Origin: an uncultured bacterium
GTDB taxonomy: Bacteria > Actinomycetota > Coriobacteriia > Coriobacteriales > Coriobacteriaceae
DNA: 64,000 bases
Reading direction: 5' to 3'
Assembly (NCBI GenBank): GCA_905215815.1
Contig: CAJMRN010000001.1
Coordinates: 8,680 to 72,679, forward strand
The notes under the pieces were generated by a model, which saw only the letters and a program-made list of their open reading frames with translations, ran no database searches and had not been told where the DNA came from. Below are positions 58,099-64,000 of the stretch, one piece after another; within the stretch, counting starts at the first letter, position 1; each line of letters starts with the position of its first letter. The position numbers and the translations under genes are program-made.

Positions 58099-58390
58099 CA
58101 CTGCCCCCTTCGGATCGTGCAGGTCGAGCCTGCATCGTATTGCATAGGAAAAGTATCGTTTTGAGTATACCCGCGCGTGCGGACAGACGACCGAACGGTC
58201 TGCAAAGTGGCGCAAAAGCGGGAGGAATGTCTGGGGCGGGCCCGAGCTAGTGCGCCGAGATGTGCACGCACGTCGGAAGCAAGCGCCGGAAAGCGCATCC
58301 CGCTCTAAAGCCCAATTCTGGGATGCATTTTCCGCGGAACCCTACATAAAAGAAAAGGACCCCTTTGCAGAGGTCCTCGTCAATTCAAGG

Positions 58391-58463
<73 letters not shown>

Positions 58464-58633
58464 ATTTGAGGTGTGCCTTGTTTCAAGGCTTGATTAGTAT
58501 AACCAAGGACGCGCTCCGGTCAACCGAGAATTTGAAAAAAGTTTTTGAGCACGACGTCATCCACAAGTCCGACCCTATAGAACAGCACGTTGGAGACATC
58601 AACCCGCCGCAAGAAGTTTTTCGCTCAGGGCCT

Positions 58634-58993
58634 TCAAGCCGGCACTCGTTGCAAGACAGTGAGTGATACAAGAATTGAAGGGCGTTCCAGTACCGCCCAG
58701 GCACCGGGACAGGAACGCATGCGCCAGGGGCGGACGTTTTCGTAGCGCGCGAGAATGTTGCCGCTACGGTCGATAAAGGCAATGTCGATGGGGTAGGCCA
58801 TAAAGCAGGTGTGGACCGAAGAGCAGCGTGGGAACGCCATGACGAGCGGCAACCCGTTTGCGGCAATCGGCGACCGTCCCAGCATGCCGCGCAGGCGCAC
58901 GGCAAACGACTCCGCCACCACAAACTCGGCAGGCGTCCAACCCAGCCTGTTGAGCGCCCGCGCGTAGGCAATGTAGGATGAGACCGCGGTCAC
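58634..58993 (-). CDS. DUF192-family protein at the end of the Tad locus
   Basis: A.SF..RLRGMLGR, C.SVHT.FM.YPID..F.D and VLE motifs. Confidence 0.8.
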   Translation of the reverse strand: MTAVSSYIAYARALNRLGWTPAEFVVAESFAVRLRGMLGRSPIAANGLPLVMAFPRCSSVHTCFMAYPIDIAFIDRSGNILARYENVRPWRMRSCPGAWAVLERPSILVSLTVLQRVPA

Positions 58994-59466
58994 ATGACCA
59001 CCCCCGGACGCCACGGGTCAACTGTCACTGCGCGCTCGTGCGACAACTGTGCCGGTGCCCCCAGCGAAACGCCGGCGATGCTGAGCGAGCTCGGCCACGG
59101 CTCGTAGCGCATGGTGCAGGTATAGGTCCTAAACGTACCGGAAAGCGAAAGCAGACCGCCATCCGATGTCGTCGTACCCTGCTCGCTCGAGACCTCGATC
59201 TGCAGGTCATAGCCTTCCATGGCATGTTGAATCTGAGCCTGAACGGTCACGGAGGCATCGATGGAGTCGTCGTCTCCCTCCCCGCTCGGAGCCACGGCGT
59301 GCGCCAGCACGATATCGGGCACCACGCGGTCGAAGCGCGCGACCGCACCGGCAAAGACCATGACGTTGTATACGATAAGCGCCAGAACCAGCAGGACGGG
59401 CGTGACCACGGCCATCTCGACCGTCGCCTGGGCGCGCTCCTCGCGCAGGCGCTTGCGGATACCCAT
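58990..59466 (-). CDS. TadE-like pseudopilin
   Basis: ERAQATVEMAVVTPVLL prepilin-like N-terminus. Confidence 0.8.
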   Translation of the reverse strand: MGIRKRLREERAQATVEMAVVTPVLLVLALIVYNVMVFAGAVARFDRVVPDIVLAHAVAPSGEGDDDSIDASVTVQAQIQHAMEGYDLQIEVSSEQGTTTSDGGLLSLSGTFRTYTCTMRYEPWPSSLSIAGVSLGAPAQLSHERAVTVDPWRPGVVM

Positions 59467-61631
59467 TACGACCCACCGCCCAGGGCACCCGCCAGCGTGG
59501 CAACATCGACGGTAAGTGGGATGGAACCGCCGCCGGGCAGCGGAATCTCCGCTAGCGTGAACACCGTGCCGCTGATAGTGCGCTCGACTTGATATTCCAA
59601 CGCCTCGCAAAGTGCCTTGGGGTCGGTCACGCCCAGCGGAATACTTCGTAGCTTGTCCTGCACTTTAGAAAGACCTGTGATGTCAGACCCAGGGCTCTTA
59701 ATGACATTGGCGGTGTCGGTCAGCACCGGCTTTCGCAGGCGCAAGTCGCACGGCTCCAAGCCCAGCGCCGCCACGGACGCCGAAACGGTATCGCCGAGCC
59801 ACGATGCAATGGAGCCCAGCCCGCCACTGTTCCCTCCCAGGCCATCGATCATCTCATCCATAAGCTCGTCGGCCGAGCCCTGGATGTCTCCGTATCCCAC
59901 AAGCAGCCGTCCCCAAACATCCATGACACCATCGAGTACGCCGGCAACGCCACCCGAACGCTCCTCCAGCGTCGAGAAAAACCGCGAGAGAACGTTGTTC
60001 TGCGCCGTCGCGTCATCGGGCGCCAGCACCGCAGCAGAGATCGCGCCGTGATCGCCAAGCCTGACTGCCGTGTTAAACGAAGAGTTGAGCTCATCGGGGC
60101 TCGAGATGGCACCCGAAACCGCAAAGGCAACCACGCCGTTGCGACCGGGCGGGGCGATACGCGGACGCTCGCCCGAAAGCGCTTTAATGGCCTGGTCAAA
60201 CGCGTTGCCCGTACGGTCAGCCTCGTCCTCGGTCTGGCGCATGAGCTCAAGCTCTTTGTTGCGGCATTCGACGTAGTCTTCCAGAGCGTCTTTGAATCGA
60301 TCAAAGTGGTACTCGAAGCCGTTTTCGATAGAAGTCGAAGGCGCTGCAACGGCGCCGAGCGACGAAACACCAAAATGGCATCTGTTGCATTTGTCCTGCC
60401 CGTCATAGGCAGCGACCGAGGCTAGCCCGCCTGGCGTCCCTTTCTTATAGTTGGGGCAGCTCGTTCCATAATGCAGATACGTTTTGCCATCATTGGCACT
60501 GGTTGGCCACACCGCATCGGTATAGAGTTCCGTCGCTCGCACCTCGTCAGTGTTGCGCGGCAACAGCGGGATATAGGAAGCGACTTCATCTCCGTCCTCG
60601 GTTACATATGCACGATTGACCTCTGTACTCGCATAGGTGTAAAACGCCTTGCGCGCCGCCGACTCCGCCTTCGTCTCGACGCTTGAACCCTGAGGTTTTT
60701 CGTCTGCCAGACGCTGACGGTAGTAAGCTTTTGCGCGGTCGAGCGCCACCTGTGGCTCCCACGCAACGCTCGAGGCATAATGCGGGTTCTGCTCACCTGA
60801 GAGCTTTGCCAAGCTCCCCGCGCGTTCCCACATGCATGAACAGCTACCGACCGAAGCCGGAACCGACCCGCCGCAATCCGCAAGCCAGGCGCGTTCTTTT
60901 GCTTTCGCCGTCTCCTCCGAGGCTTTCCGCAGCTCATCTGCTGCGCGTTCCAGATCTTTCGATGTGTCTTTAATCGCATCGGTCGAAATCTCGGATCCCT
61001 CGAGCGCAGCAAAATCCGACTCGGACGTCCTGGGCACGGCAAGCGCCGTACCGGTATAGGTCACGCCCTCGGTATCCTGCGCCGACACGGCCTGCGTAGC
61101 TCGCGCAGCGACCAGATACGGCAGAGCCGTCTCGATTTTCTGCAGGCCCTTGGAGGCGCTTTTGGCAAACTTATTGCGCGTTTTAATAATCTCGATTCCT
61201 GTGTCGACCATATCGCCCGCGGCAAGCTCGGCACCTGGAATAAGAATGGCGACCAAGCCGGCGCCGATCGTAGCAAACCCCGCCAGCCCCAAACTCAAAA
61301 TGCTCGCATCCACCACCGTCGCAGCCGTGTGGTAGGACGACACCACATTGGCGCCTGCCAGCGCGCCGCTATCGGCAGCCACCTGGGTGTCCCCCGCGCG
61401 CGACATGCTCCATATCGCCGCCGTCGACGAAAACAGTAGCGTAAGCACCACCAAGATGACCACCGCAGAGGAGAGCGTGGTGTAGGCACCGTCTTCGATA
61501 AACAGGTCGATCCCGGCTCGACCCATAAAGCCGCCCCGCTTGCAGCGAGCATGCGGTCGGCAACGGCACGCCAACCCCCTCGTCACCTTCAACAGGCAGC
61601 GCTTAATCCCATGCAGCAATCCATGAATCAT
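59466..61631 (-). CDS. Large TadG-like pilus-associated protein
   Basis: G-xxx hydrophobic segment followed by Q.AADSGALAGA Tad motif; start uncertain. Confidence 0.7.
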   Translation of the reverse strand: MIHGLLHGIKRCLLKVTRGLACRCRPHARCKRGGFMGRAGIDLFIEDGAYTTLSSAVVILVVLTLLFSSTAAIWSMSRAGDTQVAADSGALAGANVVSSYHTAATVVDASILSLGLAGFATIGAGLVAILIPGAELAAGDMVDTGIEIIKTRNKFAKSASKGLQKIETALPYLVAARATQAVSAQDTEGVTYTGTALAVPRTSESDFAALEGSEISTDAIKDTSKDLERAADELRKASEETAKAKERAWLADCGGSVPASVGSCSCMWERAGSLAKLSGEQNPHYASSVAWEPQVALDRAKAYYRQRLADEKPQGSSVETKAESAARKAFYTYASTEVNRAYVTEDGDEVASYIPLLPRNTDEVRATELYTDAVWPTSANDGKTYLHYGTSCPNYKKGTPGGLASVAAYDGQDKCNRCHFGVSSLGAVAAPSTSIENGFEYHFDRFKDALEDYVECRNKELELMRQTEDEADRTGNAFDQAIKALSGERPRIAPPGRNGVVAFAVSGAISSPDELNSSFNTAVRLGDHGAISAAVLAPDDATAQNNVLSRFFSTLEERSGGVAGVLDGVMDVWGRLLVGYGDIQGSADELMDEMIDGLGGNSGGLGSIASWLGDTVSASVAALGLEPCDLRLRKPVLTDTANVIKSPGSDITGLSKVQDKLRSIPLGVTDPKALCEALEYQVERTISGTVFTLAEIPLPGGGSIPLTVDVATLAGALGGGS

Positions 61632-62115
61632 AGTCTCCCTCCAGCCACTCGGGACGCGATTGGTACGAGACGTCGACCTTAAGCTCGACATAACCGTTTT
61701 GGCCTGCACTACCCATAGCCTGCGCAAACGCGCCGATCACAGGCAGCGGTTTAACCTCACCGGTAACGGAAACGGACGAGACGCCGCCCGCGCCGGCCCG
61801 GCCAAGCTCGATATCCCACGACAGGGGCCCGCCGGCATGAAAAATCGAAACGTCGGGAACCGCGGCAAGACGGCGGCGGGCGAACTCCTTAATATCCTCG
61901 TCATTTCCCACCGTCGTCGTGGTCATGAGCCGCGCGGTCTCGGCGGCGGCAGACTCCATGACGGCGCGCGTATAGAGCAGGCACACCGGCTGCAGCGCCA
62001 ACAGGACGAGCGTCAGAAACGTCGGCAGCAGGAACGCCGCCTCGACCGTAGACTGCGCCCGGTCCTCGCGCGCAACATCAATACAGCACGATGTCTTTAG
62101 CGCCCGCAGCGGCAT
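61603..62115 (-). CDS. TadE-like pseudopilin
   Basis: RAQSTVEAAFLLP..AAAETAR motif; start uncertain. Confidence 0.75.
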   Translation of the reverse strand: MPLRALKTSCCIDVAREDRAQSTVEAAFLLPTFLTLVLLALQPVCLLYTRAVMESAAAETARLMTTTTVGNDEDIKEFARRRLAAVPDVSIFHAGGPLSWDIELGRAGAGGVSSVSVTGEVKPLPVIGAFAQAMGSAGQNGYVELKVDVSYQSRPEWLEGDYDSWIAAWD

Positions 62116-62296
62116 CGATAACCGATGTCGAGGTGACGCCGTGAGACGCCGCCCGCTCGACCAGCGCCGCCAAGCGCCCATCGGCACCGGCACGCCAAAG
62201 CCCAGCGATCGCCAGCACGATGGAAAGCAGCGCCACCGTGACGATGGCGTATTCGACCGTCCCCTGGGCAGATTCCTCACACAGGACGTCATGCAT
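62078..62296 (-). CDS. Small Flp/TadE-like pilin
   Basis: EESAQGTVEYA followed by a hydrophobic helix. Confidence 0.75.
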   Translation of the reverse strand: MHDVLCEESAQGTVEYAIVTVALLSIVLAIAGLWRAGADGRLAALVERAASHGVTSTSVIDAAAGAKDIVLY

Positions 62297-62297
62297 T

Positions 62298-62861
62298 TCA
62301 CAGTCCCTCCTTTGAGTTCGTTGTCTGCGGGGTCAGGCGGACCACGCGCAGGCGACACGAAGTATCACCAGCATCCGCGGCAACCGTCACCATATCGACC
62401 CAGCCGCGTCCGTCGCGCACGATGACGCCCCACACGTTGCCCTTGATGTCGAGATAGCCGCTCAGAGCAAGTTGCGCCGTGGGCACTTCGCGATAGGCGC
62501 GCAATATATCCGCCGCCGCTTCGGTCATCGGTCGGTACTCGGACCATGCGAGACGAACAGCGACGGCATTGTTTGCAGATGAACCCGTTGCAGCGCTCTC
62601 TCGCTCGTCAAGTGCTTGCAAGAACGTTTGTGCCGTGACGGCGGCATTCGCATCGTCCGCGTCTCGCGCATCGTCTTTTTGAGACGTCGCAGCCGAACCC
62701 GAGCCCGCATCCGCGGCAACCCCTAAACGTTGTTGCCGTGCTGCGTTAAGCCCCCAAACCGCCACTGCCACCGCCACGACCGCACAGGCGAGCACCAGCA
62801 ACGCGCCGACGGGACGGACTCCCTCTACAGGTTGTTGATGCCCTCGCTGATAGCGCTCCAT
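62298..62861 (-). CDS. Membrane-anchored hypothetical protein in the Tad locus
   Basis: N-terminal hydrophobic helix; operon position; true start probably downstream of 62825. Confidence 0.6.
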   Translation of the reverse strand: MERYQRGHQQPVEGVRPVGALLVLACAVVAVAVAVWGLNAARQQRLGVAADAGSGSAATSQKDDARDADDANAAVTAQTFLQALDERESAATGSSANNAVAVRLAWSEYRPMTEAAADILRAYREVPTAQLALSGYLDIKGNVWGVIVRDGRGWVDMVTVAADAGDTSCRLRVVRLTPQTTNSKEGL

Positions 62862-63058
62862 AAATCTTGGACCTTGCCCTTAAATGCGACGATGGCAATG
62901 ATGGCGATCACCACGAGCACACCGACCAGGATGGCGTACTCGGTGGTGCCCTGCGCGCTCTCCTCCCGCAGCAGTTCCTCGGCACGCTGGCGAGCGTGAA
63001 TTGACTGGCAAAACGCCCAGCTCCAGACCTTGCCAGCAACGTCAGTCATCGTATTCAT
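62825..63058 (-). CDS. flp: Flp family type IVb/c major pilin
   Basis: EESAQGTTEYAILVGVLVVIAIIAI motif; GGGAGG RBS. Confidence 0.85.
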   Translation of the reverse strand: MNTMTDVAGKVWSWAFCQSIHARQRAEELLREESAQGTTEYAILVGVLVVIAIIAIVAFKGKVQDLWSAISEGINNL

Positions 63059-63068
63059 GTATTCCTCC

Positions 63069-63710
63069 CTACATCATCCCGCCTGCTCCCAGCAGCGGGC
63101 CCAATATGGACAGAAGCAACGCCGGCAAGATGAGCGTGCCGGTAGGAATCAGCAGCTTGACCGGCGCGCGCTCGATCTCGCGCTCGACCGCGGCGCGATG
63201 GGCCGCGCGAATCTCGCGACTTTGAGCCGCCAGCGTCTCGGCAAGCGGGGCACCGAGGGCAAGCGCCTGCCCTGCTGTGATGGCAAAGGTCTCGAGCGCC
63301 CGCATATCTAGATCGCGCGCGGCCGCCAGAAGCTCATCCTCTCGCGTCCCCACGCCCACCTGCCATGCCATGCAGGCTCGCTCAAGGCGGAGCGCCAACG
63401 TCGATCGGCGATTGGCGCAAAAAACCTCAAGCGCCGCATCGAACGAAAGGCCAGCCGAAAGCCCCAGACGCACCACGTCGATCATCTCGGACACCTCGCC
63501 AAGCGACACCTGCGCCGTATCACCCGTGCCGAGCATGCCCTTCAACCGTGCTACCAGGGCATCGGTCACCGAGCGGGCAGCCGCGACAACCAGCAGCGCC
63601 TCGCGTTTGCAGGCCTGGGCGATCTTGCATGCGTCCGCGCGATTGAGCCCCGTCGCGACAAACACGCTGAACGCGCACAGGCACGCCGCAACCCCAACCA
63701 GGGCACTCAT
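63069..63710 (-). CDS. tadC: TadC-like (T2SS F domain) pilus assembly protein
   Basis: LSAGLSF..AL, G.PLAETL and PVKLLIP...LILPA motifs. Confidence 0.8.
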   Translation of the reverse strand: MSALVGVAACLCAFSVFVATGLNRADACKIAQACKREALLVVAAARSVTDALVARLKGMLGTGDTAQVSLGEVSEMIDVVRLGLSAGLSFDAALEVFCANRRSTLALRLERACMAWQVGVGTREDELLAAARDLDMRALETFAITAGQALALGAPLAETLAAQSREIRAAHRAAVEREIERAPVKLLIPTGTLILPALLLSILGPLLGAGGMM

Positions 63711-64000
63711 AGCTCCACCCGCATAATGCGCCGGATAACCACCAGCGCGGCGGCGTTGAGGGCAAGGCCCAGCACCACGGCACCGGCACCCGCCGGCGTT
63801 ACAAGACCGCGGCGAAAATCGGCCGAAAGCAGCGCCAGCACCGCGCACATACCCACCGGCATCGCCGAGACCATGTGTGCCGACATACGAGCCTGCGATG
63901 TCTTGACGTCCAAGCGGCGCTTGAGCTCAATGCGCTCCCCCACCATGCTCGACGCCTCGGATAACAGGTCGGCAAGCGGGGCACCGGTTCGCTGCGACAC
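63707..64000 (-). CDS. tadB: TadB-like pilus assembly protein, C-terminal part
   Basis: TGAPLA..L, TSQARMSA...MP and terminal TM followed by IRRI. Confidence 0.8.
   Translation of the reverse strand: MSQRTGAPLADLLSEASSMVGERIELKRRLDVKTSQARMSAHMVSAMPVGMCAVLALLSADFRRGLVTPAGAGAVVLGLALNAAALVVIRRIMRVEL

Noticed and set aside
58287..58334. Hairpin CGGAAAGCGCATCCC/GGGATGCATTTTCCG downstream of tRNA-Phe
   Set aside because: Single copy in the window and no further evidence of function
60376..60392. CxxCH (CNRCH) heme-c motif in the TadG-like protein
   Set aside because: Single motif in a pilus protein with no cytochrome context; more likely part of a Zn or disulfide site

Overview
High-GC chromosomal window, inferred from gene content to come from a Coriobacteriia gut bacterium (Collinsella-like). 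Most of it is housekeeping and metabolic: a fructoselysine-type cluster (frlD-frlB-frlC plus amidohydrolase, YfcC transporter and GntR), pgi, an SOS-controlled Y-family polymerase with a YolD-like partner, a flavodoxin locus, a cobalamin-riboswitch-controlled 1505-aa surface protein, a polar amino-acid ABC transporter, nfo, panE, metY/LysR, rnhA, Fur, ureE/slyD-like genes, folE-HD-folB, nrdDG with NrdR boxes, five tRNAs, serS, proC, rlmH, tatD, rsmA, metG, rsmI, a GH5-like gene and the end of a Tad/Flp pilus locus. The best candidate for an undescribed system is a stand-alone cassette at about 7935-11283. It has a ~230-nt highly structured leader, a short tandem repeat, an unrecognised protein, a catalytically intact ClpP-like protease and a soluble VirD4/TraG-like ATPase, with no relaxase, T4SS or integrase nearby. 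Other notable signals: a ~228-nt hairpin that folds back over the nrdD 3' end, a similar antisense-copy arrangement at tRNA-Arg with a tRNA-Gly remnant, a Met/Cys-containing leader ORF before metY, a GH5 lacking its acid/base Glu, and two families of palindromic repeats. All calls come from reading the sequence by eye; no database searches or folding computations were run.
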